Positions 49,601 through 64,000 of a stretch of DNA of 64,000 bases are shown in pieces. Origin of the DNA: Dicyema japonicum (lineage: Eukaryota > Animalia > Dicyemida). The first letter of the stretch is position 1. Every line of letters starts with the position of its first letter. A program made the translations under genes and the position numbers. The DNA is taken from contig RDEW01000054.1 of NCBI GenBank assembly GCA_011109175.1, positions 123,382-187,381 of the forward strand, read 5' to 3'. The notes beneath the pieces were generated by a model, which was not told the DNA's origin, did not search any database, and saw nothing but the letters and a program-made list of their open reading frames with translations.

Positions 49601-52600
49601 ACAGCTCTAATGGAGACCGATTTGCTTGAAATAATCATATAACAATTATCTTCTCGAGTCTACAAGAATTATAAAAGTAGTAATATTTAAAGGTGCTTAA
49701 ATGAATACTTATTCGCAGTATACATAATAATAAAGTTGGTACTATATAAGTAGATCGTAATAAAAAATGGTTTGTATAATTAGTATTATGGTAAAATGAT
49801 TGAATGTAGTTCGTCATTTTTCAGTCTATCCAATCATTAATGGTTTCAAATAATATAGAAAAAAAGCTCACGGACAAGAAAAAAGGATCAAACCCTAATA
49901 GTTAAAAAAATAAGCAATTATTAACAAAAATTTTGAACAAATATAGTCGAACCCATTCACAGATATATATAAAAAAAGAGAATAAACTCGATTAATAATG
50001 ATAGCTGATCTAATTGGTTGCAATATGCAAATAATCTCCTTCAACGATTGTACTTTCAGTCTATAATGAATAAAAATTAACTATTCTAGTATAGAAATCA
50101 GCTATAATTTATACTAATTCGTGAGTTGTGTCCAACAACGTTGATACCTCTAATAAATTCGTAATCAAAATGGAAGCCGATAATAAAAAATCATTATAAA
50201 AAGACTCAGTTAAAAGGGTAGCAGCTCTTATGGAAACCGATTGGCAAGACGTATCCAATAACGATTATACTTTAAAGTTTATCACGACTCACTAATGGAT
50301 TCTCGTAATATTTATAGCAGCTCAATAAACTCAAGTTATAAGGATCACAACTCTAATAGATTCTCACTAGCATCGTGTATTTCTTCCATGAGTAATTTTT
50401 GCAGATCGAACCATCAATGAAGATACGCTCCGATGTCGACGAATGATCCCGTTAATCTTTTGCGATTTGGTCACACTGGGCAAAAGACATTTGCAAGCTG
50501 CTATAGTTTGAGACTGTTATTCAGAAGATATAATGACGTATGCATGTAAAGTATACACAAGCGGTCCAGGGTATTTATGAATAACAGTCGTTTTTCACGT
50601 AAAGCGTTTCAAATTGCATTTATGATGATAATGGATCCGAGGAATATAAGGTTTTCATCATGTGTAAATTTACGAAAGACGAAAAAGCTTTCGAACACTT
50701 CTTTTCTGAAAGTTTGCAATTATAGATTTCGCATGTAGAGAATGTAAATTCTAGTCCATTTTCCGACATTGCTCGAATTATCACTCACAAATCCAGGAAA
50801 ACATCATCTGGGGTGCTCAGAGGATCGCATCATCAGATTACATAACGAACGGAGAGGCTTGGTGATTTCTCTATTGCAAGACAAAACAATATGAGTCTAA
50901 GTAAATCTCCATGTCGTTGTATGTCTAATTTTTCTGTCTGAAAGTAAATATTGGGCCTTTTGTCTCGCCTTCTTGATGTTTTCAATGTATTTTTCCCAGT
51001 CAGGTGCTTTTTTAAACAAATATTGAAATGAAGATCATGTGGTCGTTGTCAGTTGTTCTCCTTTGGTAGGAACGTGCATCATTTTGCAGGTGTTAATCTG
51101 ACTTTCGGCAGATAATGTAGTCGACTTGATTATAAATATTCACGCTCTACCCGACAGAGCTTATTCTTGTCAGCTCCAAGTCGTGTTGTGGCAAGCTGAG
51201 TGCGTGAAAGCCGTGTTGCATTCAAATCTCCCCCAACAAAGACAAGGGACAAGGATCATTATTAGAGTATGTTTTTAATAGTTTGATTAGAATTCCTCGA
51301 GTTCATCGAGATTCTTGATTCCTCGTCCACATTGTGGATGATGACATTTATGACAGTAAAGAGACTTTTGGACGAATATAGTGTATTTAGTTTGACATGT
51401 AGGACACATATTCGGTCGTTGACTCTCCAATAGCGATGTACTTTATTGAGGTAATCCACGTCCATGCGTAGTGCTTGCATTCAGTTGGGAAGAGAATCAG
51501 TCGTGTAACAGCTCTAATGGAGACCGATTTGCTTGAAATAATCATATAACAATTATCTTCTCGAGTCTACAAGAATTATAAAAGTAGTAATATTTAAAGG
51601 TGCTTAAATGAATACTTATTCGCAGTATACATAATAATAAAGTTGGTACTATATAAGTCGATCGTAATAAAAATGGTTTGTATAATTAGTATTATGGTAA
51701 AATGATTGAATGTAGTTCGTCATTTTTCAGTCAATCCAATCATTAATGGTTTCAAATTATATAGAAAAAAAGCTCAGCGGACAAGAAAAAAAGATCAAAC
51801 CCTAATTGATAAAAAAATAAGCAATTATTAACAAAAAAGTTTGTAGAAATATAGTCGAACCCATTCACAGATATATATAAAAAAAGAGAATAAACTCGAG
51901 TAATATGGATAGCTGATCTAATTGGTTGCAATATGCAAATCATCTGCTTCAACGATTGTACTTTCAGTCTATAATGAATAAAAATTAACTCTTCTAGTAT
52001 AGAAATCAGCTATAATTGATAATAATTTGCAAGTAGTGTCCAACAACGTTGAGACCTCTAATAAATTCGAAATCAAAATGGAAGCCGATAATAAAAAATC
52101 ATCATAAAAAGACTCAGTTAAAAGGGTAGCAGCTCTAATGGAAACCGATTAGCAAGACGTATCCAATAACGATTATACTTTAAAGTTTATCACGACTCAC
52201 TAATGGATGCTCGTAATATTTATAGCAGCTCAATAAACTCAAGTTATAAGGATCACAACTCTAATAGATTCTCACTAGCATCGTGTATTTCTTCCATGAG
52301 TAATTTTTGCAGATCGAACCATCAATGAAGATACGCTCCGATGTCGACGAATGATCCCGTTAATCTTTTGCGATTTGGTCACACTGGGCAAAAGACATTT
52401 GCAAGCTGCTATAGTTTGAGACTGTTATTCAGAAGATATAATGACGTATGCATGTAAAGTATACACAAGCGGTCCAGGGTATTTATGAATAACAGTCGTT
52501 TTTCACGTAAAGCGTTTCAAATTGCATTTATGATGATAATGGATCCGAGGAATATAAGGTTTTCATCATGTGTAAATTTACGAAAGACGAAAAAGCTTTC

Positions 52601-55600
52601 GAACACTTCTTTTCTGAAAGTTTGCAATTATAGATTTCGCATGTAGAGAATGTAAATTCTAGTCCATTTTCCGACATTGCTCGAATTATCACTCACATAT
52701 CCAGGAAAACATCATCTGGGGTGCTCAGAGTATCGCATCATCAGATTACATAACGAACGGAGAGGCTTGGTGATTTCTCTATTGCAAGACAAAACAATAT
52801 GAGTCTAAGTAAATCTCCATGTCGTTGTATGTCTAATTTTTCTGTCTGAAAGTAAATATTGGGCCTTTCTCTCGCCTACTTGATGTTTTAAATGTATTTT
52901 TCCCAGTCAGGTGCTTTTTTAAACAAATATTGAAATGAAGATCATGTGGTCGTTGTCAGTTGTTCTTCTTTGGTAGGAACGTGCATCATTTTGCAGGTGT
53001 TAATCAGACTTTCGGCAGATAATGTAGTCGACTTGATTATAAATATTCACGCTTCACCCGACAGAGCTTATTCTTGTCAGCTCCAAGTCGTGTTGTGGCA
53101 AGCTGAGTGCGTGAAAGCCGTGTTGCATTCAAATCTCCCCCAACAAAGACAAGGGACAAGGATCATTATTAGAGTATGTTTTTAATAGTTTTATTAGAAT
53201 TCCTCGAGTTCATCGAGATTCTTGATTCCTCGTCCACATTGTGGATGATGACATTTATGACAGTAAAGAGACTTTTGGACGAATATAGTGTATTTAGTTT
53301 GACATGTAGGACACATATTCGGTCGTTGACTCTCCAATAGCGATGTACTTTATTGAGGTAATCCACGTCCATGCGTATTGCTTGCATTCAGTTGGGAAGA
53401 GAATCAGTCGTGTAACAGCTCTAATGGAGACCGATTTGCTTGAAATAATCATATAACAATTATCTTCTCGAGTCTACAAGAATTATAAAAGTAGTAATAT
53501 TTAAAGGTGCTTAAATGAATACTTATTCGCAGTATACATAATAATAAAGTTGGTACTATATAAGTCGATCGTAATAAAAAATGGTTTGTATAATTAGTAT
53601 TATGGTAAAATGATTGAATGTAGTTCGTCATTTTTCAGTCAATCAATCATTAATGGTTTCAAATTATATAGAAAAAAAGCTCACGGACAAGAAAAAAGGA
53701 TCAAACCCTAATTGATAAAAAAATAAGCAATTATTAACAAAAAAGTTTGTAGAAATATAGTCGAACCCATTCACAGATATATATAAAAAAAGAGAATAAA
53801 CTCGAGTAATATGGATAGCTGATCTAATTGGTTGCAATATGCAAATCATCTCCTTCAACGATTGTACTTTCAGTCTATAATGATAAAAATTAACTCTTCT
53901 AGTATAGAAATCAGCTATAATTGATAATAATTTGCAAGTAGTGTCCAACAACGTTGAGACCTCTAATAAATTCGAAATCAAAATGGAAGCCGATAATAAA
54001 AAATCATCATAAAAAGACTCAGTTAAAAGGGTAGCAGCTCTAATGGAAACCGATTGGCAAGACGTATCCAATAACGATTATACTTTAAAGTTTATCACGA
54101 CTCACTAATGGATTCTCGTAATATTTATAGCAGCTCAATAAACTCAAGTTATAAGGATCACAACTCTAATAGATTCTCACTAGCATCGTGTATTTCTTCC
54201 ATGAGTAATTTTTGCAGATCGAACCATCAATGAAGATACGCTCCGATGTCGACGAATGATCCCGTTAATCTTTTGCGATTTGGTCACACTGGGCAAAAGA
54301 CATTTGCAAGCTGCTATAGTTTGAGACTGTTATTCAGAAGATATAATGACGTATGCATGTAAAGTATACACAAGCGGTCCAGGGTATTTATGAATAACAG
54401 TCGTTTTTCACGTAAAGCGTTTCAAATTGCATTTATGATGATAATGGATCCGAGGAATATAAGGTTTTCATCATGTGTAAATTTACGAAAGACGAAAAAG
54501 CTTTCGAACACTTCTTTTCTGAAAGTTTGCAATTATAGATTTCGCATGTAGAGAATGTAAATTCTAGTCCATTTTCCGACATTGCTCGAATTATCACTCA
54601 CAAATCCAGGAAAACATCATCTGGGGTGCTCAGAGGATCGCATCATCAGATTACATAACGAACGGAGAGGCTTGGTGATTTCTCTATTGCAAGACAAAAC
54701 AATATGAGTCTAAGTAAATCTCCATGTCGTTGTATGTCTAATTTTTCTGTCTGAAAGTAAATATTGGGCCTTTCTCTCGGCTACTTGATGTTTTCAATGT
54801 ATTTTTCCCAGTCAGGTGCTTTTTTAAACAAATATTGAAATGAAGATCATGTGGTTGTTGTCAGTTGTTCTCCTTTGGTAGGAACGTGCATCATTTTGCA
54901 GGTGTTAATCTGACTTTCGGCAGATAATGTAGTCGACTTGATTATAAATATTCACGCTCTACCCGACAGAGCTTATTCTTGTCAGCTCCAAGTCGTGTTG
55001 TGGCAAGCTGAGTGCGCGAAAGCCGTGTTGCATTCAAATCTCCCCCAACAAAGACAAGGGACAAGGATCATTATTAGAGTATGTTTTTAATAGTTTGATT
55101 AGAATTCCTCGATTTCATCGAGATTCTTGATTCCTCGTCCACATTGTGGATGATGACATTTATGACAGTAAAGAGACTTTTGACGAATTATAGTGTATTT
55201 AGTTTGACATGTAGGACACATATTCGGTCGTTGACTCTCCAATAGCGATGTACTTTATTGAGGTAATCCACGTCCATGCGTAGTGCTTGCATTCAGTGGG
55301 AAGAGAATCAGTCGTGTAACAGCTCTAATGGTCCATTTTCCGACATTGCTCGAATTATCACTCACAAATCCAGGAAAACATCATCTGGGGTGCTCAGAGT
55401 ATCGCATCATCAGATTACATAACGAACGGAGAGGCTTGGTGATTTCTCTATTGCAAGACAAAACAATATGAGTCTAAGTAAATCTCCATGTCGTGTATGT
55501 CTAATTTTTCTGTCTGAAAGTAAATATTTGGCCTTTGTCTCGCCTACTTGATGTTTTCAATGTATTTTTCCCAGTCAGGTGCTTTTTTAAAAAAATATTG

Positions 55601-58600
55601 AAATGAAGATCATGTGGTCGTTGTCAGTTGTTCTCCTTTGGTAGGAACGTGCATCATTTTGCAGGTGTTAATCAGACTTTCGGCAGATAATGTAGTCGAC
55701 TTAATTATAAATATTCACGCTCTACCCGACAGAGCTTATTCTTGTCAGCTCCAAGTCGTGTTGTGGCAAGCTGAGTGCGTGAAAGCCGTGTTGTATTCAA
55801 ATCTCCCCCAACAAAGACAAGAACAAAGGATCATTATTAGAGTATGTTTTTAATAGTTCTGATTAGAATCCCTCGAGTTCATCGAGATTCTTGATTCCTC
55901 GTCCACATTGTGGATGATGACATTTATGACAGTAAAGAGACTTTTGGACGAATATAGTGTATTTAGTTTGACATGTAGGACACATATTCGGTCGTTGACT
56001 CTCCAATAGCAATGTACTTTATTGAGGTAATCCACGTCCATGCGTAGTGCTTGCATTCAGTTGGGAAGAGAATCAGTCGGGTAACAGCTCTAATGGAGAC
56101 CGATTTGCTTGAAATAATCATATAACGATTATCTTCTCGAGTCTACAAGAATTATAAAAGTAGTAATATTTAAAGGTGCTTAAATGAATACTTATTCGCA
56201 GTATACATAATAATAAAGTTGGTACTATATAAGTCGATCGTAATAAAAAATGGTTTGTATAATTAGTATTATGGTAAAATGATTGAATGTAGTTCGTCAT
56301 TTTTCAGTCTATCCAATCATTAATGGTTTCAAATAATATAGAAAAAAGCTCAACGGACAAGAAAAAAGGATCAAACCCTAATAGTTAAAAAAATAAGCAA
56401 TTATTAACAAAAAAGTTTGTACAAATATAGTCGAACCCATTCACAGATATATATAAAAAAAGAGAATAAACTCGATTAATAATGATAGCTGATCTAATTG
56501 GTTGCAATATGCAAATAATCTCCTTCAACGATTGTACTTTCAGTCTATAATGAATAAAAATTAACTCTTCTAGTATAGAAATCAGCTATAATTGATAATA
56601 ATTTGCAAGTAGTGTCCAACAACGTTGAGACCTCTAATAAATTCGAAATCAAAATGGAAGCCGATAATAAAAAATCATCATAAAAAGACTCAGTTAAAAG
56701 GGTAGCAGCTCTAATGGAAACCGATTGGCAAGACGTATCCAATAACGATTATACTTTAAAGTTTATCACGACTCACTAATGGATTCTCGTAATATTTATA
56801 GCAGCTCAATAAACTCAAGTTATAAGGATCACAACTCTAATAGATTCTCACTAGCATCGTGTATTTCTTCCATGAGTAATTTTTGCAGATCGAACCATCA
56901 ATGAAGATACGCTCCGATGTCGACGAATGATCCCGTTAATCTTTTGCGATTTGGTCACACTGAGCAAAAGACATTTGCAAGCTGCTATAGTTTGAGACTG
57001 TTATTCAGAAGATATAATGACGTATGCATGTAAAGTATACACAAGCGGTCCAGGGTATTTATGAATAACAGTTGTTTTTCACGTAAAGCGTTTCAAATTG
57101 CATTTATGATGATAATGGATCCGAGGAATATAAGGTTTTCATCATGTGTAAATTTACGAAAGACGAAAAAGCTTTCGAACACTTCTTTTCTGAAAGTTTG
57201 CAATTATAGATTTCGCATGTAGAGTATGTAAATTCTATTCCATTTTCCGACATTGCTCGAATTATCAGTCACAAATCCAGGAAAACATCATCTGGGGTGC
57301 TCAGAGTATCGCATCATCAGATTACATAACGAACGGAGAGGCTTGGTGATTTCTCTATTGCAAGACAAAATAATATGAGTCTAAGTAAATCTCCATGTCG
57401 GTGTATGTCTAATTTTTCTGTCTGAAAGTAAATATTGGGCCTTTGTCTCGCCTTCTTGATGTTTTCAATGTATTTTTCCCAGTCAGGTGCTTTTTTAAAC
57501 AAATATTGAAATGAAGATCATGTGGTCGTTGTCAGTTGTTCTCCTTTGGTAGGAACGTGCATCATTTTGCAGGTGTTAATCAGACTTTCGGCTGATAATG
57601 TAGTCGACTTAATTATAAATATTCACGCTCTACCCGACAGAGCTTATTCTTGTCAGCTCCAAGTCGTGTTGTGGCAAGCTGAGTGCGTGAAAGCCGTGTT
57701 GCATTCAAATCTCCCCCAACAAAGACAAGGGACAAGGATCATTATTAGAGTATGTTTTTAATAGTTCTGATTAGAATTCCTCGAGTTCATCGAGATTCTT
57801 GATTCCTCGTCCACATTGTGGATGATGACATTTATGACAGTAAAGAGATTTTTGGACGAATATAGTGTATTTAGTTTGACATGTAGGACACATATTCGGT
57901 CGTTGACTCTCCAATAGCGATGTACTTTATTGAGGTAATCCACGTCCATGCGTAGTGCTTGCATTCAGTTGGGAAGAGAATCAGTCGTGTAACAGCTCTA
58001 ATGGAGACCGATTTGCTTGAAATAATCATATAACAATTATCTTCTCGAGTCTACAAGAATTATAAAAGTAGTAATATTTAAAGGTGCTTAAATGAATACT
58101 TATTCGCAGTATACATAATAATAAAGTTGGTACTATATAAGTCGATCGTAATAAAAAATGGTTTGTATAATTAGTATTATGGTAAAATGATTGAATGTAG
58201 TTCGTCATTTTTCAGTCAATCCAATCATTAATGGTTTCAAATTATATAGAAAAAAAGCTCACGGACAAAAAAAAGGATCAAACCCTAATTGATAAAAAAA
58301 TAAGCAATTATTAACAAAAAAGTTTGTAGAAATATAGTCGAACCCATTCACAGATATATATAAAAAAAGAGAATAAACTCGAGTAATATGGATAGCTGAT
58401 CTAATTGGTTGCAATATGCAAATCATCTCCTTCAACGATTGTACTTTCAGTCTATAATGAATAAAAATTAACTCTTCTAGTATAGAAATCAGCTATAATT
58501 GATAATAATTTGCAAGTAGTGTCCAACAACGTTGAGACCTCTAATAAATTCGAAATCAAAATGGAAGCCGATAATAAAAAATCATCATAAAAAGACTCAG

Positions 58601-61600
58601 TTAAAAGGGTAGCAGCTCTAATGGAAACCGATTGGCAAGACGTATCCAATAACGATTATACTTTAAAGTTTATCACGACTCACTAATGGATTCTCGTAAT
58701 ATTTATAGCAGCTCAATAAACTCAAGTTATAAGGATCACAACTCTAATAGATTCTCACTAGCATCGTGTATTTCTTCCATGAGTAATTTTTGCAGATCGA
58801 ACCATCAATGAAGATACGCTCCGATGTCGACGAATGATCCCGTTAATCTTTTGCGATTTGGTCACACTGGGCAAAAGACATTTGCAAGCTGCTATAGTTT
58901 GAGACTGTTATTCAGAAGATATAATGACGTATGCATGTAAAGTATACACAAGCGGTCCAGGGTATTTATGAATAACAGTCGTTTTTCACGTAAAGCGTTT
59001 CAAATTGCATTTATGATGATAATGGATCCGAGGAATATAAGGTTTTCATCATGTGTAAATTTACGAAAGACGAAAAAGCTTTCGAACACTTCTTTTCTGA
59101 AAGTTTGCAATTATAGATTTCGCATGTAGAGAATGTAAATTCTAGTCCATTTTCCGACATTGCTCGAATTATCACTCACAAATCCAGGAAAACATCATCT
59201 GGGGTGCTCAGAGGATCGCATCATCAGATTACATAACGAACGGAGAGGCTTGGTGATTTCTCTATTGCAAGACAAAACAATATGAGTCTAAGTAAATCTC
59301 CATGTCGTTGTATGTCTAATTTTTCTGTCTGAAAGTAAATATTGGGCCTTTCTCTCGCCTACTTGATGTTTTCAATGTATTTTTCCCAGTCAGGTGCTTT
59401 TTTAAACAAATATTGAAATGAAGATCATGTGGTTGTTGTCAGTTGTTCTCCTTTGGTAGGAACGTGCATCATTTTGCAGGTGTTAATCTGACTTTCGGCA
59501 GATAATGTAGTCGACTTGATTATAAATATTCACGCTCTACCCGACAGAGCTTATTCTTGTCAGCTCCAAGTCGTGTTGTGGCAAGCTGAGTGCGTGAAAG
59601 CCGTGTTGCATTCAAATCTCCCCCAACAAAGACAAGGGACAAGGATCATTATTAGAGTATGTTTTTAATAGTTTGATTAGAATTCCTCGAGTTCATCGAG
59701 ATTCTTGATTCCTCGTCCACATTGTGGATGATGACATTTATGACAGTAAAGAGACTTTTGGACGAATATAGTGTATTTAGTTTGACATGTAGGACACATA
59801 TTCGGTCGTTGACTCTCCAATAGCGATGTACTTTATTGAGGTAATCCACGTCCATGCGTATTGCTTGCATTCAGTTGGGAAGAGAATCAGTCGTGTAACA
59901 GCTCTAATGGAGACCGATTTGCTTGAAATAATCATATAACAATTATCTTCTCGAGTCTACAAGAATTATAAAAGTAGTAATATTTAAAGGTGCTTAAATG
60001 AATACTTATTCGCAGTATACATAATAATAAAGTTGGTACTATATAAGTCGATCGTAATAAAAAATGGTTTGTATAATTAGTATTATGGTAAAATGATTGA
60101 ATGTAGTTCGTCATTTTTCAGTCAATCCAATCATTAATGGTTTCAAATTATATAGAAAAAAAGCTCAGCGGACAAGAAAAAAGGATCAAACCCTAATTGA
60201 TAAAAAAATAAGCAATTATTAACAAAAAAGTTTGTAGAAATATAGTCGAACCCATTCACAGATATATATAAAAAAAGAGAATAAACTCGAGTAATATGGA
60301 TAGCTGATCTAATTGGTTGCAATATGCAAATCATCTCCTTCAACGATTGTACTTTCAGTCTATAATGAATAAAAATTAACTCTTCTAGTATAGAAATCAG
60401 CTATAATTGATAATAATTTGCAAGTAGTGTCCAACAACGTTGAGACCTCTAATAAATTCGAAATCAAAATGGAAGCCGATAATAAAAAATCATCATAAAA
60501 AGACTCAGTTAAAAGGGTAGCAGCTCTAATGGAAACCGATTGGCAAGACGTATCCAATAACGATTATACTTTAAAGTTTATCACGACTCACTAATGGATT
60601 CTCGTAATATTTATAGCAGCTCAATAAACTCAAGTTATAAGGATCACAACTCTAATAGATTCTCACTAGCATCGTGTATTTCTTCCATGAGTAATTTTTG
60701 CAGATCGAACCATCAATGAAGATACGCTCCGATGTCGACGAATGATCCCGTTAATCTTTTGCGATTTGGTCACACTGGGCAAAAGACATTTGCAAGCTGC
60801 TATAGTTTGAGACTGTTATTCAGAAGATATAATGACGTATGCATGTAAAGTATACACAAGCGGTCCAGGGTATTTATGAATAACAGTCGTTTTTCACGTA
60901 AAGCGTTTCAAATTGCATTTATGATGATAATGGATCCGAGGAATATAAGGTTTTCATCATGTGTAAATTTACGAAAGACGAAAAAGCTTTCGAACACTTC
61001 TTTTCTGAAAGTTTGCAATTATAGATTTCGCATGTAGAGAATGTAAATTCTAGTCCATTTTCCGACATTGCTCGAATTATCACTCACAAATCCAGGAAAA
61101 CATCATCTGGGGTGCTCAGAGGATCGCATCATCAGATTACATAACGAACGGAGAGGCTTGGTGATTTCTCTATTGCAAGACAAAACAATATGAGTCTAAG
61201 TAAATCTCCATCTCGGTGTATGTCTAATTTTTCTGTCTGAAAGTAAATATTGGGCCTTTCTCACGCCTACTTGATGTTTTCAATGTATTTTTCCCAGTCA
61301 GGTGCTTTTTTAAACAAATATTGAAATGAAAATCATGTGGTCGTTGTCAGTTGTTCTCCTTTGGTAGGAACGTGCATATTTTTGCAGGTGTTAATCTGAC
61401 TTTCGGCAGATAATGTAGTCGACTTGATTATAAATATTCACGCTCTACCCGACATAGCTTATTCTTGTCAGCTCCAAGTCGTGTTGTGGCAAGCTGAGTG
61501 CGTGAAAGCCGTGTTGCATTCAAATCTCCCCCAACAAAGACAAGGGACAAGGATCATTATTAGAGTATGTTTTTAATAGTTTGATTAGAATTCCTCGAGT

Positions 61601-62696
61601 TCATCGAGATTCTTGATTCCTCGTCCACATTGTGGATGATGAAATTTATGACAGTAAAGAGACTTTTGGACGAATATAGTGTATTTAGTTTGACATGTAG
61701 GACACATATTCGGTCGTTGACTCTCCAATAGCGATGTACTTTATTGAGGTAATCCACGTCCATGCGTAGTGCTTGCATTCAGTTGGGAAGAGAATCAGTC
61801 GTGTAACAGCTCTAATGGAGACCGATTTGCTTGAAATAATCATATAACAATTATCTTCTCGAGTCTACAAGAATTATAAAAGTAGTAATATTTAAAGGTG
61901 CTTAAATGAATACTTATTCGCAGTATACATAATAATAAAGTTGGTACTATATAAGTAGATCGTAATAAAAAATGGTTTGTATAATTAGTATTATGGTAAA
62001 ATGATTGAATGTAGTTCGTCATTTTTCAGTCAATATAATCATTAATGGTTTCAAATTATATAGAAAAAAAGCTCAACGGACAAGAAAAAGGATCAAACCC
62101 TAATTGATAAAAAAATAAGCAATTATTAACAAAAAAGTTTGTAGAAATATAGTCGAACCCATTCACAGATATATATAAAAAAAGAGAATAAACTCGAGTA
62201 ATATGGATAGCTGATCTAATTGGTTGCAATATGCAAATCATCTCCTTCAACGATTGTTCTTTCAGTCTATAATGAATAAAAATTAACTCTTCTAGTATAG
62301 AAATCAGCTATAATTGATCATAATTTGCAAATATTGTCCAACAACGTTGATACCTCTAATAAATTCGAAATCAAAATGGAAGCCGATAATAAAAAATCAT
62401 CATAAAAAGACTCAGTTAAAAGGGTAGCAGCTCTAATGAAACCGATTGGCAAGACGTATCCAATAACGATAATACTTTAAAGTTTATCACGACTCACTAA
62501 TGGATTCTCGTAATATTTATAGCAGCTCAATAAACTCAAGTTATAAGGATCACAACTCTAATAGATTCTCACTAGCATCGTGTATTTCTTCCATGAGTAA
62601 TTTTTGCAGATCGAACCATCAATGAAGATTCGCTCCGCTGTCGACGATTGATCCCGTTATTCTTTGCGATTTGGTCACACTGGGCAAAAGACATAT
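40627..62696. repeat. Tandem macrosatellite: about 1.91-kb units plus 1.47-kb and 0.76-kb variants
   Basis: The marker GTCCATTTTCCGAC recurs at about 40868, 42340, 44261, 46174, 48083, 48847, 50754, 52662, 54567, 55331, 57238, 59145 and 61053 (spacings 1472, 1921, 1913, 1909, 764, 1907, 1908, 1905, 764, 1907, 1907, 1908). Confidence 0.97.
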
Positions 62697-62789
62697 AAAA
62701 AAAAAATTGAAAAAGAATAGTTAAAAGAAATTTTATATTTTTAATAATGTTGCCAATTTGAGAATTCGGGCCACATTCGCATTCCAGCC

Positions 62790-63090
62790 TTTACATTCAT
62801 ATCTCCCGCAACAAAGACAAGGGACGAGGAAGCATTATTAGAGTATGTTTTTGATAGTTCTGATTAGAATTCCTCGAGCTCATTGGGGTTCTTGATGCCT
62901 CGTCCACATTGTGGTGCATGACATTTATGACAGTTAAGAGACTATTGGACGAATATAGTGTATTTAGTTTGACTTGTAGAACACATATTCGGTCGTTAAC
63001 TCTCCAATAGCGATGTAGTTTTTTGAGGTAATCCACGTGTAGGACAAATCCCATGGCGTAGTGCTAGCATTCAGTTGGGAAGAGAATCAG
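62790..63090 (-). pseudogene. Diverged single copy of the RTE APE fragment found in the array unit
   Basis: GFVLHVDYLKKLHRYWRVNDRICVL retains GFVL residues deleted in the array copies. Confidence 0.7.
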
Positions 63091-64000
63091 TTCCATGTCT
63101 TATCGTGTCCATTTTTTTTCGTCTCTTGTAGGCACTCAATATATATTTTTAGTATTTTTCGAGATCGTCACAAATTACTGTCCATGTCTACTCTTTCGAT
63201 ATTTCGCGTACGTGAACGTCGTTAGCCTTTGTTCTCGATTGTATATTGAGTGTTTTTCAGACATTTTTCTTAACCGATTTACAGTCACCACCTCACCAAT
63301 TTGACTAATGACTAATAGATAAAAATTCACAAGTGTAATTCAATATTGTACTTTTGAAGTCTATTAAGATTCACAAATAGAATCTTGAAATATAGAAAGC
63401 AGCTGTAATTGATACTAATTCGCATGTAGTGTCCAACAACGTTTGTACTTCTTTGATTGATCTCAATTTAAAATGGATTACAAAAACGAATGATTCAGAA
63501 CCACAAATAGATTCCATTTATAAGGTAGCAGCTCTAATGGAGACCGATTTGCATGAAGTAACTATATAACGATTATACTCAAGAACGGAACCGGTTCATA
63601 ATGATGTAATTGAATTCGAATAACGATTTCATAGTCTCCAACGGTCAAAGACGTTAGATCTTTCAAATAGCCTGTTCTTACTCGCGTTGATAGCACTTTC
63701 AATTAACTTCTACCTCGTTCGGAACACTTGTATACCTCGTACGGTTGAAGACATAAGGCAACGGGGATGAGGAATTATCCCAAAAAAGAACGAATGTAGG
63801 TCCTCTGGTGGTAGCGAGAGACTTTTTTCCGGGACCATCTCGATCAAGTCCTAGTGCGGTAGGCGCAAAATTGAATTATCCACCTAATCTTTTGCTGCGT
63901 TAGTTTGCAGGGGATCTTCGATTGTTTTGAAAAGTTCCAGTCTTTAGGATTTTCAGAAGAAAGGGTAGATCCGATGATATAATTTTTGCCACAATGACCC

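Noticed and set aside
41163-62250. Dozens of 60-135 aa ORFs recurring in the array as a tandem gene family
   Set aside because: They recur only because the units are near-identical. They are off-frame or partial readings of TE relics, with stops and frameshifts varying between units.
40627-62696. CRISPR array or rDNA tandem unit
   Set aside because: The context is eukaryotic, the units are kilobase-sized with no unique spacers, and there are no rRNA motifs in the unit.
63600-64000. C-terminus of an R2/NeSL-like element on the minus strand
   Set aside because: Only a vague resemblance, with no clear REL motif within the window.

Overview
AT-rich eukaryotic nuclear DNA from a genome with very small (about 22-31 nt) GT-AG introns; a dicyemid-like or similarly reduced animal parasite is my inference and is unverified. 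Two conserved intron-rich host genes are recognisable after manual splicing: NAA25/MDM20 (NatB auxiliary subunit, 14873-18345 +) and a compact huntingtin (29880-38720 +). The rest is repeat-derived. (1) 1-14.3 kb is a nest of transposons: a CRE-type and several RTE, Jockey/R1-like and L2-like non-LTR fragments, hAT and pogo relics, a Ginger-type integrase element with three micro-introns, and a 4.77-kb element with TGTCAC...GTGACA inverted ends and a 6-bp TSD that encloses a LINE-28S rRNA-LINE block. (2) About 22.0-29.4 kb is a diverged inverted duplicate of 0.57-9.24 kb. (3) 40.6-62.7 kb is a tandem macrosatellite (about 1.9-kb unit, with a 6.48-kb higher-order repeat) built from RTE-endonuclease and CRE-RT relics. 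All family assignments come from my reading of motifs, not from database searches. Coordinates of degenerate relics are approximate, and some 1-bp homopolymer frameshifts could be assembly errors.
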